A DNA stretch of 64,000 nucleotides from an uncultured Prevotellaceae bacterium (GTDB lineage: Bacteria; Bacteroidota; Bacteroidia; Bacteroidales; Bacteroidaceae): positions 21,866 to 85,865 of the forward strand of contig CAMHUU010000006.1 of NCBI GenBank assembly GCA_946188395.1, given 5' to 3'. The notes beneath the pieces were generated by a model. That model was not told the DNA's origin. It was given only the letters and a program-made list of their open reading frames with translations, and ran no database searches. Each line of letters opens with the position of its first letter. The stretch's first letter is position 1. Below, one piece after another: positions 10,020-21,263 of the stretch. Position numbers and translations under genes: made by a program.

Positions 10020-10933
10020 AGGTTGTAGCCGGTAATCAGGATGACGGCTGCGGTGATGACAAAGAATACGATGTTGGTCTGGCGGGTATGGGTGAGTGCC
10101 AGAAAATGTCCCAGCAGCGGTGCGGTGTTGATGATGAGTATGCGGATGAGCACATCGTAATGCTGCGGTTGCAGGAGTAAAAAGACGATGGTCAGCAGGC
10201 TCATCCACATAAACGCTCCGTAGAGCAGTCGGATACGGATTTTGTCGTCGTGGTGTTTGCGGATGTAGTGGATGGTTCCGACAATCAGCATCAGGACGAC
10301 GAAAAGCAGGGTGATGAGGTGGTGGTTCGTATAGGATGAGAATTGGAACGGCAGAGAGAAATCGCCCAATGGCACGAGGTGGTCGACGAGCGGTGTGAAG
10401 TCTTTCTCCCATCCCAGCCAGCAGCACCAGCACCAATAGGGCGTGAGGACGCCCAGCAGTGATGCTGTCCATGTGCGCCAGGAGAGGGATTGCAGTTGGG
10501 TAAGCATGACCAGCCATAGGATGGGTACGTAGAACAGCATGTGGGCACAAGCCAGCGTGGCAATGCCCATCACGAGGAAGCTATAGTAGGTCCATCCCGG
10601 CGACTCCTTGTCCTGATAGCTGTTGAACAGCAGCGTCAGGGCAGCGATAAAGCAAGCCTGGGTAACAGCTCCCGGGATGGATGGAAACAAAAAGCACACC
10701 ATGCACACCAGTACGATGAACACACAGCTCACCATGCGCGAATAGATGCGGATGAGGGCATGGATGGCATTCATTTCCATCATCAGGAATGCCGCAAAGA
10801 CGAAGCAGGCGAACTGAATCCACCATTGTTCGGCGAAGAGTCCGCTGAGCAGCCAGACGATGCCCGCATAGACCATTGTCAGGGGCAACGTCAGCTTGCT
10901 TTCAGCTATTCTGTTCTGTAAATACCGTTTCAC
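10010..10933 (-). CDS. Conserved polytopic membrane protein (DUF6427-like)
   Basis: 307 aa with many hydrophobic segments, tightly packed between purD and yqaA. Confidence 0.7.
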   Translation of the reverse strand: MKRYLQNRIAESKLTLPLTMVYAGIVWLLSGLFAEQWWIQFACFVFAAFLMMEMNAIHALIRIYSRMVSCVFIVLVCMVCFLFPSIPGAVTQACFIAALTLLFNSYQDKESPGWTYYSFLVMGIATLACAHMLFYVPILWLVMLTQLQSLSWRTWTASLLGVLTPYWCWCCWLGWEKDFTPLVDHLVPLGDFSLPFQFSSYTNHHLITLLFVVLMLIVGTIHYIRKHHDDKIRIRLLYGAFMWMSLLTIVFLLLQPQHYDVLIRILIINTAPLLGHFLALTHTRQTNIVFFVITAAVILITGYNLWM

Positions 10934-10940
10934 TTTTTTA

Positions 10941-12227
10941 TTACAAATCGGCGCCTATGTCGCGACGGAAATATTTGTCGGTAAACTGTATTTTCTGCGC
11001 TTCGGTAAACGACTTCTGCAGAGCCTCGGCCTTGTCTTTGCCGTAGCTGGAAACGGCAATGACACGTCCGCCGTTGGTAACTACCTCACCGTCTTTCAAT
11101 GCCGTACCGCTATGGAAAACGATGCTTCCTTCTACGTTCTCGATGCCCGTGATGGGGTAGCCCTTCTTGTACTCCTGCGGATAACCGCCCGATACGAGCA
11201 TCACACAGACGGCTGCGCGGGGGTCGAACGCGATGGTGCGCTGGTCTAAATCGCCTGCTGCCACACCTTCAAAGAGGTCGACGATGTCGCTCTTGAGTCG
11301 CAGCATGACACTCTCGGTCTCGGGGTCGCCCATGCGGCAGTTGTATTCGATGACGTAGGGCTCGGGCTGGCCAGTCGGAGTGTTAGTACGATTGATAAGT
11401 CCGAAGAAGATGAATCCCTTGTAGTCGATGCCATCGGCAGCCAGTCCCTCGACGGTAGGACGGATGATGCGGTCGTCGACCTTCTGCATCCATTCCTTCG
11501 TGGCAAAAGGAACAGGCGTGACAGACCCCATGCCACCGGTGTTCAGACCCGTGTCGTGCTCTCCGATGCGCTTGTAGTCCTTGGCCTCGGGCAGAATCTT
11601 GTAGTGTTTGCCATCGGTGAGGACGAAGACCGAGCACTCGATGCCACTCATGAACTCCTCGATGACTACACGGCTCGAAGCGTTGCCGAACATGCCGCCC
11701 AGCATCTCTTTCAGTTCCTTCTTCGCCTCGTCGAGGGTGGGGAGGATGAGTACGCCCTTGCCGGCACACAGGCCGTCGGCCTTCAGGACATAGGGTGCCT
11801 GGAGCGTTTCCAGGAAGGCCAGACCTTCCTGAAGGTGTTCACCATCGAAGGTCTGATAGCGTGCGGTGGGGATGTTGTGGCGCTGCATGAAAGCCTTGGC
11901 GAAATCCTTGGAACCTTCCAGCACGGCACCGGCTTTCGAGGGGCCGATGACGGGGATGTCCTTCGTGCGGGCGTCGGTCTTCAGGTTGTCGTAGATGCCC
12001 TTCACCAGCGGATCTTCGGGACCAACCACCACCATGTTGATCTGCTTTTCGACGCAGAATGCCTTGATGGCCTCAAAGTCGTCGGCCTTCATGCTGACAT
12101 TCTCGCCACAATTGGATGTCCCGGCATTGCCTGGGGCGATATACAGTTTCTCACATTTCTCACTCTGAGCGATTTTCCAGGCCAGTGCGTGCTCACGACC
12201 GCCGCTGCCTAATAAAAGTATTTTCAT
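10941..12227 (-). CDS. purD: Phosphoribosylamine--glycine ligase
   Basis: '[13 protein letters not shown]', 'LEGSKDFAK', '[11 protein letters not shown]', '[11 protein letters not shown]', '[10 protein letters not shown]', 'TNGGRV'. Confidence 0.97.
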   Translation of the reverse strand: MKILLLGSGGREHALAWKIAQSEKCEKLYIAPGNAGTSNCGENVSMKADDFEAIKAFCVEKQINMVVVGPEDPLVKGIYDNLKTDARTKDIPVIGPSKAGAVLEGSKDFAKAFMQRHNIPTARYQTFDGEHLQEGLAFLETLQAPYVLKADGLCAGKGVLILPTLDEAKKELKEMLGGMFGNASSRVVIEEFMSGIECSVFVLTDGKHYKILPEAKDYKRIGEHDTGLNTGGMGSVTPVPFATKEWMQKVDDRIIRPTVEGLAADGIDYKGFIFFGLINRTNTPTGQPEPYVIEYNCRMGDPETESVMLRLKSDIVDLFEGVAAGDLDQRTIAFDPRAAVCVMLVSGGYPQEYKKGYPITGIENVEGSIVFHSGTALKDGEVVTNGGRVIAVSSYGKDKAEALQKSFTEAQKIQFTDKYFRRDIGADL

Positions 12228-12262
12228 ATTTTTTGTCGTTATTTCGTTATTTCGATATTCCG

Positions 12263-13489
12263 TTAGAGTTTTCCTTGTTCGCCAAGATAGCTGTCCTTGA
12301 AGCCGAGGAAGTAAAGCACGCCGTCGAGTCCGATGGTGTTGATGGACTGTTCGGCAGTGGCCACCACACGGGGCTTGGCATGGAAGGCAATACCCAGTCC
12401 GGCCTCGCTGATCATGGGCAGGTCGTTGGCACCGTCGCCCACGGCAATGGTCTGCGCCAGATTGACTTTCTCGACCTGTGCGATGAGTTTCAGCAGTTCC
12501 GCCTTGCGGTGTCCGTCGACAATCTCGCCGACATAGCGCCCCGTGAGTTTACCATCCTCGCCGATTTCCAGTTCGTTGGCGTAGACATAGTCGATGCCGT
12601 AACGTCGCTGCAGGTACTCGCCGAAGTAGGTGAAGCCACCCGAGAGGATGGCGATTTTGTATCCGCAGGTCTTCAGGATGTTCATCAGACGGTCGACGCC
12701 CTCGGTGATGGGCAGGTGTTCGGCAATGTCGCGCATGACGCTGACGTCGAGTCCTTTCAGCAGGGCCACGCGGCGTGTAAAACTCTCCTTGAAGTCGATC
12801 TCGCCACGCATGGCACTCTCCGTGATGGCGCGCACCTGGGCACCCACGCCATTGCGCTCGGCCAACTCGTCGATGCACTCCGTCTGTATCAGCGTCGAGT
12901 CCATATCGAAACAGATCAGTCGGCGCATGCGTCGGAACATGTCGTCGCGCTGGAACGAGAAGTCGATTTCCATTTCCTGCGACAGCTTCATGAGTTTCGA
13001 CTGCATCTCCTGGCGGTCGATGGGTTCGCCACGCAGCGAGAACTGGATGCAGGCCCGCACGTGTTTCGTGGGATTCTTAATACTCTTGCGTCCGGTGAGT
13101 CGAAGGATAGAGTCGATGTTCAGTCCCTGATCAGCCAGAATGCGTGTAGCCGCCTCAATCTGACGGGCTTCCAACTGTCGGCCCAGTACCATCAGGATGT
13201 AGCGGTTCTTGCCCTGATGGCTCACCCAGTCTTCGTACTCTTCGTCGCTGATGGGCGAAAAACCGATGTTGACGCCCAGTTCGGTGGCCTTAAACAACAG
13301 TTCCTTCATGGCCAGTCCCGATTTCATCTCATCCATACGAATGAGAATGCCCAACGACAGGGTAGAGTGGATGTCGGCCTGACCGATGTCCAGAATCTGT
13401 GCGTCGTACTTGGCCAGAATGCCCATAATGCTGGCTGTCAGTCCCGGGCGGTCTTGTCCTGTGATGCGGACTAATATCTGCTCTTTCAT
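12263..13489 (-). CDS. serB: Phosphoserine phosphatase (ACT-ACT-HAD)
   Basis: ACT motif 'ITGQDRPGL', HAD motifs 'FDMDSTLI', 'SGGF', '[10 protein letters not shown]'. Confidence 0.95.
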   Translation of the reverse strand: MKEQILVRITGQDRPGLTASIMGILAKYDAQILDIGQADIHSTLSLGILIRMDEMKSGLAMKELLFKATELGVNIGFSPISDEEYEDWVSHQGKNRYILMVLGRQLEARQIEAATRILADQGLNIDSILRLTGRKSIKNPTKHVRACIQFSLRGEPIDRQEMQSKLMKLSQEMEIDFSFQRDDMFRRMRRLICFDMDSTLIQTECIDELAERNGVGAQVRAITESAMRGEIDFKESFTRRVALLKGLDVSVMRDIAEHLPITEGVDRLMNILKTCGYKIAILSGGFTYFGEYLQRRYGIDYVYANELEIGEDGKLTGRYVGEIVDGHRKAELLKLIAQVEKVNLAQTIAVGDGANDLPMISEAGLGIAFHAKPRVVATAEQSINTIGLDGVLYFLGFKDSYLGEQGKL

Positions 13490-13528
13490 TTGAGAGTTTA
13501 GAGTTTAGAGTTTAGAGAAGGATAGTCA

Positions 13529-15712
13529 TTACTTTAGGTAATCTTCGAAATATTGGGTGATGCGTTCGTGCAGATGTACGCTGGCGTGGCCCCGCATGTT
13601 GTGCTCCTCGCCGGGATAAGCAAAGAAATCGGGCTGTGTACCAGCCTTGATACAAGCATCGAGGAACGACAGACAATGCTGCGGAACGACGGTGTTGTCG
13701 TTATAGCCCGTAATGATCTGCAACTTACCTTTCAGGTTCTTGGCCTTGTTGATGAGACTGGTTTTCTCGTAGCCTTCGGGATTGTTCTGGGGCGTGCCCA
13801 TATAGCGCTCGCCGTACATCACCTCGTACCATTTCCAGTCGATGACGGGTCCACCGGCCACGCCGACCTTAAAGACATCGGGATAGTTGGTCATCAGCGA
13901 GATGGTCATGAACCCGCCGAACGACCAGCCGTGAACACCCAGACGGTTCATATCCACATAGGGTAGGGTGCGCAGGTATTCCACGCCCTTCATCTGGTCC
14001 TGCATCTCCACCTGTCCCAGCTGGTGGAAGGTGGCCTGTTCGAAGTCGCGTCCACGATGCTGGCTGCCGCGATTGTCGAGGATGAAGACGATGTAGCCTT
14101 TCTGTGCCATGTAGGTTTCCCACGTGCGGCTGTACCAGTGCCACGAGGCCTGCACGTTGTTGGCGTGTGGTCCGCCATAGACATAGACGACGGTGGGGTA
14201 TTTCTTGGTGGCGTCGAAGTCGTGGGGCTTCACCATGCGGTAGTAAAGGTCGGTCTTGCCGTCGGCTGCCTTCAGCGTGCCGTTCTCGAAGATGGGCTGC
14301 TGGTAGTCCTTCCAAGGGTCAGCGGCGGTGAGGAGCCTTTGAACCGATTTTCCAGCGGCAAAACCGCTGGACACACGAACGACGTCGATGTTGCGGGGCA
14401 CATCGGGTGCCGTATAGGTGTCGCATATCAGGGTGCCTGATGCCGACAGTTTGCCGTTGTGTACACCCTCACCATTGTCGAGGGCAGTCATGCGGCCTGT
14501 CTTCACATCGACGGCATAGAGGTTGTGGCACAGCGGATGGTTGGCGTTTGCCTTGATGATGATGCTCTTCTGCTTCGTGTTGAACCCCAACAGTTCCATC
14601 ACGACCCATTTGCCTTTGGTGATTTGCGTCAGCTCCTTGCCACTCTGGTCGAAAAGATACAGGTGGTTATACCCGTCTTTCTGGCTTTGCATCACGAACT
14701 TGGTGTCGTCCCAGGGCAGAAACTGGATGGGGTGCATGGGTTCCACATACTTTTCTGATGTCTCGCGATACAGCTCAGCGATTTTCTCGCCCGTCACTGC
14801 GTCGTACGATACCAGGCGGCAGTCGTTCTGTCCGCGATTCAGCTCGAACATATAGATGGTTTTCGCGTCGGGACTCCAGCTGATGTTGGTGAAATAGCGG
14901 TCTGTGGGGTCGCCAGCCTGCAGGTAGACGGTATTGCCCGTCTTCAGGTCGTAGACACCCACCGTCACCTTGTGCGAGGTCATTCCTGCCATCGGATATT
15001 TGTCGGGCTCGTGTGAAGCCGAGCGGGGGAAGATGTCCACCTGCGGATAATCTGTCACCATCGATTGGTCCATGCGGTAGAATGCCAGACGCTGTCCGTC
15101 AGGACTCCAGAAGGTGCCCTTGTGGATGCCGAATTCGTTGCGGTGTACGCTTTGTCCGTACACCACGCTACGGCTGCCGTCGGTGCTTAGCTGGTGCTTT
15201 TGCCCCATGCCGTCGACGACAAACAGCTGATGATTCTCTACGTAGGCTGTTGCCCGCGATACAGGACACCAGTCGTTGGCCTCCTGTCCCGAGATGCTGT
15301 CCTGCCACACGATGTGGTGGGCCTTGAAGTCGACGAGGATAAATGCCTTTTTGTTGCCTACCGCCACCAAAGGCTGGTCAGGGTAGGGGAAGGTGACATT
15401 CGTCAGGTGGCGTACATAGCGATTCTCCTCTTCGTTGCTATCAGCCCAGCGGTTGATGTCGTCAAGGGTAAACAGCAGCTTTTCCTTGCCCGTTTTGGCA
15501 TCGATGGTGTAGCAGGCCTCAACGTCTGTGCGTACCAGCTGGTCGCCCCACCACGTGAGGAACAGGTTCTCGGGCTGCATGTTGTGGTAGTTCGTGCCAC
15601 CGAAGTTCAGGTCTTCCAGTGTGAAGAGCTTGTTTTGCGCTTTCATTTCGAGAGGTAACAGCCAAAAGCTAACAGCTAACAGCCAACAGCCACGTTTAAT
15701 TATCGTCTTCAT
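13529..15712 (-). CDS. S9B dipeptidyl-peptidase IV / prolyl tripeptidyl peptidase
   Basis: Signal peptide from ATG 15712, DPP-IV N-terminal propeller, nucleophile motif 'GWSFGG', Asp in 'DNTV', His in 'EEHNM'. Confidence 0.92.
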   Translation of the reverse strand: MKTIIKRGCWLLAVSFWLLPLEMKAQNKLFTLEDLNFGGTNYHNMQPENLFLTWWGDQLVRTDVEACYTIDAKTGKEKLLFTLDDINRWADSNEEENRYVRHLTNVTFPYPDQPLVAVGNKKAFILVDFKAHHIVWQDSISGQEANDWCPVSRATAYVENHQLFVVDGMGQKHQLSTDGSRSVVYGQSVHRNEFGIHKGTFWSPDGQRLAFYRMDQSMVTDYPQVDIFPRSASHEPDKYPMAGMTSHKVTVGVYDLKTGNTVYLQAGDPTDRYFTNISWSPDAKTIYMFELNRGQNDCRLVSYDAVTGEKIAELYRETSEKYVEPMHPIQFLPWDDTKFVMQSQKDGYNHLYLFDQSGKELTQITKGKWVVMELLGFNTKQKSIIIKANANHPLCHNLYAVDVKTGRMTALDNGEGVHNGKLSASGTLICDTYTAPDVPRNIDVVRVSSGFAAGKSVQRLLTAADPWKDYQQPIFENGTLKAADGKTDLYYRMVKPHDFDATKKYPTVVYVYGGPHANNVQASWHWYSRTWETYMAQKGYIVFILDNRGSQHRGRDFEQATFHQLGQVEMQDQMKGVEYLRTLPYVDMNRLGVHGWSFGGFMTISLMTNYPDVFKVGVAGGPVIDWKWYEVMYGERYMGTPQNNPEGYEKTSLINKAKNLKGKLQIITGYNDNTVVPQHCLSFLDACIKAGTQPDFFAYPGEEHNMRGHASVHLHERITQYFEDYLK

Positions 15713-17192
15713 CGTCGAATCGTCTGTCGTTGTTCTTCTTGAAAGGCTTCTTAAAGTCCTTCGACTTACGGAAGTCCTTCTTGAAATCCTTCTTGAAGTC
15801 TCTGGGTTTTCTAGAATCTCGAGAGTCTCTGGACTCTCTGTCGTCTCTGGGCTCACGGGGCTTGCGGGGCTCCTTGCGCTCCAGCGAGTGGAACTTAAAC
15901 GAGCGGATGTCGCCCTCCTCGTTCTCCTCCTGGTCGTTCAGACGCTTCTTAAACTCACGTTCTTTCTTGAAACGGTGCTTCTCGGCCATCTGGCGCTTCT
16001 CGTCGTCAGTCTTGACGATGCCGCCGTCGGCACGGAAGTCGCGCATCTTGCCGTCGAACATCTGGTATTTGCGGAATTCACACTCCAGCGAACCGTTATA
16101 CAGGGGTATCTTGATGCTGGGCTTCAGACCAATCTGGTCGAAACACTCTTCGCGGTACGACAGAATCCACGCGTCGTTACCTGTAAACTCATGCTTCAGG
16201 CGCTCGCCAATCATCTTGTATGTTCCCAGCAAGTCGGGCGTCGAAATGCGCTCACCGTAGGGCGGGTTGGTTACCATGATGCTCTTCTCCTTGGGCTGGG
16301 TGAACACCTTGAAGTCCTGCTCCGTGACGGTAATATCGCTAGTCAGACCAGCAGCCTTTACATTCAGGCGCGCCGTATTCACGGCCTTGATGTCGACGTC
16401 GTAACCATAGATGTGGTGCTTGAATTCGCGCTCCTTCGAGTCGTCGTTGTAAATCTCGTCAAACAGGTCGGCGTCGAAGTCGGGCCACTTCTCGAAGGCA
16501 AACTCCTTGCGGAACAGGCCTGGAGCCATGTTGCGGGCTATCAGCGCAGCCTCGATGAGCAGCGTACCGCTTCCGCACATGGGGTCAATGAAATCCGTCT
16601 CGCCCGTCCAGCCCGTCATCAGAATCATACCTGCGGCCAGCACCTCGTTCAGCGGGGCCTCGACGCTCTCCTGGCGATAGCCGCGACGATGCAGCGACTC
16701 GCCGCTCGAGTCGAGTGACAGCGTGCATTCACTCTGTCCGGGGGCCACGTCGGCAATGTGGATGTGCAGACGCATGTCGGGATTGGCTACGCTGATGTTC
16801 GGACGGTTGCCCGTCTTTTCGCGGAACTGGTCGACAATGGCGTCCTTCACCTTGTAGGCTACGAATTTCGAGTGGCGGAATTCTTCGGAGAATACCACCG
16901 AGTCGACGGCAAACGTCTTGTCCAGTGCCAGATATTGTGTCCAGTCGATATCCTTCACACCCTCGTAGACGTCGTCTGCCGACAGGGCCTTGAAGTGTTT
17001 GATGGGTTTCAAAATACGGATGGCCGTATGCAGTTGGAAATTAGCACGATACATCAACTCCTTATCGCCCGTAAAGGACACCATTCTGCGTCCTATCGTT
17101 ACATTCTCAGCGCCCAACTGCGTCAGTTCGTTCGCCAAGACAGGTTCCAGTCCCATAAAGGTCTTGGCGATCATTTCAAATGTCTGTGTCAT
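15696..17192 (-). CDS. THUMP-domain RNA methyltransferase (RlmL-like)
   Basis: 'SGESLHRRGYR', 'APLNEVLAA', 'DPMCGSGT', 'NPPYGER', and a low-complexity K/R/D-rich tail. Confidence 0.9.
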   Translation of the reverse strand: MTQTFEMIAKTFMGLEPVLANELTQLGAENVTIGRRMVSFTGDKELMYRANFQLHTAIRILKPIKHFKALSADDVYEGVKDIDWTQYLALDKTFAVDSVVFSEEFRHSKFVAYKVKDAIVDQFREKTGNRPNISVANPDMRLHIHIADVAPGQSECTLSLDSSGESLHRRGYRQESVEAPLNEVLAAGMILMTGWTGETDFIDPMCGSGTLLIEAALIARNMAPGLFRKEFAFEKWPDFDADLFDEIYNDDSKEREFKHHIYGYDVDIKAVNTARLNVKAAGLTSDITVTEQDFKVFTQPKEKSIMVTNPPYGERISTPDLLGTYKMIGERLKHEFTGNDAWILSYREECFDQIGLKPSIKIPLYNGSLECEFRKYQMFDGKMRDFRADGGIVKTDDEKRQMAEKHRFKKEREFKKRLNDQEENEEGDIRSFKFHSLERKEPRKPREPRDDRESRDSRDSRKPRDFKKDFKKDFRKSKDFKKPFKKNNDRRFDDEDDN

Positions 17193-17215
17193 GATGTCTA
17201 TATATAAAGATGCTG

Positions 17216-17294
17216 CAAAAGTACGAAAAAATAAGCAATGTTACGAATAAATCTTAAAAAAACATGTATTATTCAGAAATTTTATGTAATTTTG
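17216..17294. promoter_or_regulatory. Divergent Bacteroidota sigma-A -7 boxes
   Basis: TActTTTG on minus (17216-17223) and TAatTTTG on plus (17287-17294). Confidence 0.7.
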
Positions 17295-17317
17295 CCCAAT
17301 AATTGAAGATTACAGCA

Positions 17318-18598
17318 ATGACCGTAACCTCAAAGACGATACTTTTCGCGCTCGAGTCAATCTTGCAACTCGACTTTTTCGTGTGGCTCATCGGCATTCC
17401 CGTGCTGGTGCTTTTGGTCGTGTTGTTGTACCGCCAGTACCGCCAGTCACGGCAGCTCAAGGGCGAACTTAACCAGCTGGCCCAGGTGAAAACGCTCTCC
17501 GTCGAGTACGAGCTGGTGCTCAAGTCCATGCGCCTGTGTGTGTGGCGCATCGACGTAGCCACGCGCACCCTCACCTTCGACAGCGACTATCGTGATAACA
17601 GCAATCTGCTTTTCATCCCTGCCGGCACCCACCTCGACGAGGTCGTCAGTCGTATGCTTCCCGAATACCAGGAACCCTTCCGCAAGGGCATCGACGACCT
17701 GCTGACAGGCGCCGTCGAGCAGTTCCATATCCAGTATCAGATTCAGTCTTCGCACAGCGTGAAGCCCTATTGGAGCGATACCTATTTCACTGTCGAAAAT
17801 CGCGACCTCAACGGGCACCCCACCACCCTCGTGGGAACCACCATGCGCATCGACCAGCAGAAGGACATCGAGACGGCACTCAAGGACGCCCTCTATCATG
17901 CCGAGGAGAGCGACCGCCTGAAGTCTGCCTTCCTGGCTAATATCAGTCACGAAATCCGTACCCCGCTGAATGCCATCGTGGGCTTCAGCGAAGTGCTCTC
18001 GATGGCCGAGGACGAGGACGAACGCCGGAACCTTGTCCAGCTCATCCAGAAAAACAATACCCAGCTGCTGACGCTCTTCGACGATGTGGTAAACATGTCG
18101 AAACTCGAGGCCGGCGGAGCTTCCAACGTATTCAACAGAACCTTCGACCTGAAGGAAATCATCGACGAACTCTTCAACAAGTATGCCGACAAGTCGCGTG
18201 AACAGGGTGTTCCCCTGGTAGTCGACGCCGCCACGCCGCTCCCGCAGTTGTTTACCGACATCGACCGCCTGCGTGAAATCCTGAACCAGTATCTGGCCAA
18301 TGCCTTCAAGTTTACTACTCAGGGACAGATCACCGTAGGCTGCACACCCACAGACGACGCGCTGCGCATCTGGGTGCGCGACACTGGCAAGGGCATTCCT
18401 GCCGACAAGCTGAACGACGAGCTCTTCGATCGCTTCGTCAAGGTCGACGAGTTCGTGTCCGGTACCGGCCTCGGACTCAGCATCTGCCGCAGTCTGGCAG
18501 CAAGCCTAGGAGCACGTGTCGGTGTCGATTCGGAATATGGCAAGGGCTCTACGTTCTGGGTGGAACTGAATAAGGAAAATGTACGCGCGTATAATTAG
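17318..18598 (+). CDS. Sensor histidine kinase (TM + PAS-like + HisKA + HATPase)
   Basis: 'FLANISHEIRTPLNAIVGF', 'NAFKFT', 'DTGKG', 'GTGLGL'. ATG at 17318 preferred over TTG 17303. Confidence 0.9.
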   Translation: MTVTSKTILFALESILQLDFFVWLIGIPVLVLLVVLLYRQYRQSRQLKGELNQLAQVKTLSVEYELVLKSMRLCVWRIDVATRTLTFDSDYRDNSNLLFIPAGTHLDEVVSRMLPEYQEPFRKGIDDLLTGAVEQFHIQYQIQSSHSVKPYWSDTYFTVENRDLNGHPTTLVGTTMRIDQQKDIETALKDALYHAEESDRLKSAFLANISHEIRTPLNAIVGFSEVLSMAEDEDERRNLVQLIQKNNTQLLTLFDDVVNMSKLEAGGASNVFNRTFDLKEIIDELFNKYADKSREQGVPLVVDAATPLPQLFTDIDRLREILNQYLANAFKFTTQGQITVGCTPTDDALRIWVRDTGKGIPADKLNDELFDRFVKVDEFVSGTGLGLSICRSLAASLGARVGVDSEYGKGSTFWVELNKENVRAYN

Positions 18599-18601
18599 AA
18601 G

Positions 18602-21163
18602 ATGTATAAAAAGATTGTTTTGATGTTGTTGGTAGTGCTGTCCGCATTGCCATTCTACGCTCAGGAAAAGATTACCGGATACGTCATCGACGATCAGGCT
18701 GGCGACAGCATAGGCTTTATTACCGTTCAGTATAAGGGACAGAAGATTACCACCATGGCCGACCATCGGGGTTATTTCTCCATTCCCAAGCACGTCGGCT
18801 GGAAACTCACCTTCAGCGGTGTAGGCTACAAGACGCGCAGCGTCACCATCGGTCCCAACAGCCACCGTCTGCTCGTAGCCCTCAAACCCGACATGAAGTC
18901 TATCAGCGAGGTCACCGTGCGTGCCAAACGAGGCCGCTACCGCCGTAAGGGCAATCCAGCCGTCGAACTGATGCGCAAGGTCATTGCCAATAAGAAAAAA
19001 ACGAACCTCTCGAATCGCGACTACTATCAGTACACCAAGTACCAGAAGCTCACCTTGGCGCTCAACGACGTCAAGCCCGACATGCTCACCAATCCGAAGC
19101 TGAAGAAGTTCCCCTGGCTTACTGATCAGGTTGAGAAGTGCCAGCAGACGGGTAAACTTATCCTCCCTGCCAGCATCGACGAGACGGTGACACAGAAGAT
19201 CTACCGCCGCAGCCCCCACGACGAGAAGGAAATCGTCAAGGGACAGCGCTCCGTGGGTATCACCAACTTCTTCCAGACGGGTGACATCATCAACACCGCC
19301 TCGAAGGACGTCTTCACCGATGTCAACATCTACGACAACCAGGTGCGCGTACTGCAGCATCCCTTCACTTCGCCCATTGCCGACGGCGCCATATCCTTCT
19401 ACCGATACTACATCGAGGACACGCTCGCTGTGGGGCGCGACTCGTGCATCCACGTCCATTTTCTGCCCAATAATCAGCAGGACTTCGGATTCCGCGGCGA
19501 CCTCTACATCCTCAAGGACTCCAGCTATCAGGTCAAGCGCTGCGAAATCATACTCCCCAACCAGAGCGACGTCAACTTCGTCGAGGACCTGAAAATCATT
19601 CAGGAGTTCACCCAGCTGCCCACGGGCGAATGGGTACTCTCCGTCGACGACATGGTGGTTGAACTGGTCCTCTTCGACTTCATCCAGAAAGGTGTCGCCA
19701 TCCGCACCACGCGACTCTCCGACTATCAGTTCTCCGAGATTCCCGACAAACAGTTCAAGGGCCTTGACAAAACCATCGTCGATCCTGATGCGGAATTGCA
19801 GGACGCCGCCTATTGGGAGCAACAGCGAAAGGTGCCTCTCACGGCCAGCGAGGCCAAGATGGACGACTTCCTGAAAGGCATGAAAACTATGGGCGGCTTC
19901 GGCTACATCCTCATGGGACTGAAGATCCTCAGCGAGAATTTCATCGAGACCAGCGAACACAGCAAGGTCGACATTGGCCCCATCACCTCCATGCTCAGCA
20001 CCAACTTCATCGACGGACTGCGCACCCGTCTGGGCGCACAGACCACTGCCAACCTTTCGCCCCACCTGTTCCTCAAGGGCTTCGTGGCTCGAGGATGGAA
20101 GAGCCACAACTGGTACTACAACGCACAAGTCACCTGGGCGCTCAACCGCAAGAAATACACTCCCGACGAGTTCCCCAAACGCAACCTGACGTTCCAGTCT
20201 ACCTACGACGTTATGTCGCCTTCCGATAAGTTCCTTCCCTCCGACAAGGATAACCTGTTTACGGCTTTCCGTTGGATGAAGGTCGACAAAATGATGTACT
20301 ACAACCGCCAGCAGCTCTCTTTCGAGTACGAGCAGCGCTGGGGCCTGCGTACCCTGCTCAGCATCAAGGCTGAGCGCAACGATGCCGCCGGCAACATGCA
20401 GTTCATCCCCCTTGGCGGCTACGTCCTTGAATCCTCACAAGCACCCTCGCCGTCCATCGGTATTCGTACCACCGAACTCAAGGCCGAGATTGAGTATAGC
20501 CCCGGTGCCCTCTACACCAATTCCAAGATACGTCGTCTCAAGGTCAACCGCGAGGCGCCCGTCCTTACACTCAGCCATACCATGGGTGTCAAGGGCTTCC
20601 TCGGTGGCGACTATCACTACAACTATACCGAGTTTAGCCTCTTCAAGCGCCTGTGGCTCAACAGCTGGGGACGCATCGACTTCTATACCCGCGTCGGCAA
20701 GCAGTGGAACCAGGTGCCCTTCCCCCTGCTCTGTATGCCTGCTGCCAACTTGTCCTATATCAGCCGCAAGCAGATGTTCAACCAGATTGCCAATATGGAG
20801 TTCCTCAACGACCGCTTCTGGAGTGTCGACCTCAATTGGGATATGCAGGGCAAGATTCTCAATCGCATCCCCCTTATCCAGAAGGCTCGCTTGCGCGAAT
20901 ACATCGGCGTCAAGATGCTGTGGGGCGGACTGTCGGATAAGAACAATCCCTATCTTGAACAGAATGCCAACAACGACGTGCTGATGCTTTTCCCCGACGA
21001 CTCGCGCATTATGAACCCCCGCGTGCCCTATTGGGAAATCTCAGCCGGCGTCCGCGGCATACTCCGCTTCTTCCAAATCGAGTATGTCCGCCGCATGAAC
21101 TACAACCCCGCCACCTACGGCGCCAAAAACAGCATCCGACTCGGCTTCACCATGATGTTCTAA
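18602..21163 (+). CDS. Outer-membrane protein: carboxypeptidase-regulatory-like N domain + DUF5686-like barrel
   Basis: Signal peptide, 'ITGYVID...GYFSI...FSGVGYK', 'YRRKGNPAVELMRKVI', terminal Phe. Confidence 0.8.
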   Translation: MYKKIVLMLLVVLSALPFYAQEKITGYVIDDQAGDSIGFITVQYKGQKITTMADHRGYFSIPKHVGWKLTFSGVGYKTRSVTIGPNSHRLLVALKPDMKSISEVTVRAKRGRYRRKGNPAVELMRKVIANKKKTNLSNRDYYQYTKYQKLTLALNDVKPDMLTNPKLKKFPWLTDQVEKCQQTGKLILPASIDETVTQKIYRRSPHDEKEIVKGQRSVGITNFFQTGDIINTASKDVFTDVNIYDNQVRVLQHPFTSPIADGAISFYRYYIEDTLAVGRDSCIHVHFLPNNQQDFGFRGDLYILKDSSYQVKRCEIILPNQSDVNFVEDLKIIQEFTQLPTGEWVLSVDDMVVELVLFDFIQKGVAIRTTRLSDYQFSEIPDKQFKGLDKTIVDPDAELQDAAYWEQQRKVPLTASEAKMDDFLKGMKTMGGFGYILMGLKILSENFIETSEHSKVDIGPITSMLSTNFIDGLRTRLGAQTTANLSPHLFLKGFVARGWKSHNWYYNAQVTWALNRKKYTPDEFPKRNLTFQSTYDVMSPSDKFLPSDKDNLFTAFRWMKVDKMMYYNRQQLSFEYEQRWGLRTLLSIKAERNDAAGNMQFIPLGGYVLESSQAPSPSIGIRTTELKAEIEYSPGALYTNSKIRRLKVNREAPVLTLSHTMGVKGFLGGDYHYNYTEFSLFKRLWLNSWGRIDFYTRVGKQWNQVPFPLLCMPAANLSYISRKQMFNQIANMEFLNDRFWSVDLNWDMQGKILNRIPLIQKARLREYIGVKMLWGGLSDKNNPYLEQNANNDVLMLFPDDSRIMNPRVPYWEISAGVRGILRFFQIEYVRRMNYNPATYGAKNSIRLGFTMMF

Positions 21164-21176
21164 AGAATGAAGAAAC

Positions 21177-21263
21177 AAAAAAATTAGGAATGTCTCACGA
21201 CACCCCTAATCCCTTTTCTAACTAACTTATTATCAACTATTCATTACTCATTCTGAATTTTTC
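21177..21263 (-). ncRNA. Candidate ~85-nt small RNA
   Basis: Minus-strand TAtcTTTG at 21269-21276. The 3' hairpin UUAGGGGUGUC-GUGA-GACAUUCCUAA is followed by U7, and its GG/UU pairs form only on the minus strand. Ends are approximate. Confidence 0.55.

Noticed and set aside
10020-10550. N-terminal extensions in the ORF track for yqaA (also S9 peptidase 15713-15856, GT2 49243-49356, lipoprotein 41135-41236, AraC 62017-62055)
   Set aside because: They overlap upstream genes or promoters. Downstream ATGs give proper signal peptides or family N-termini.
15760-15880. 9-12-bp repeats in the methyltransferase 3' end
   Set aside because: In-frame codon repeats encoding a charged low-complexity tail (RDS/KKDF), common in RNA-modifying enzymes.
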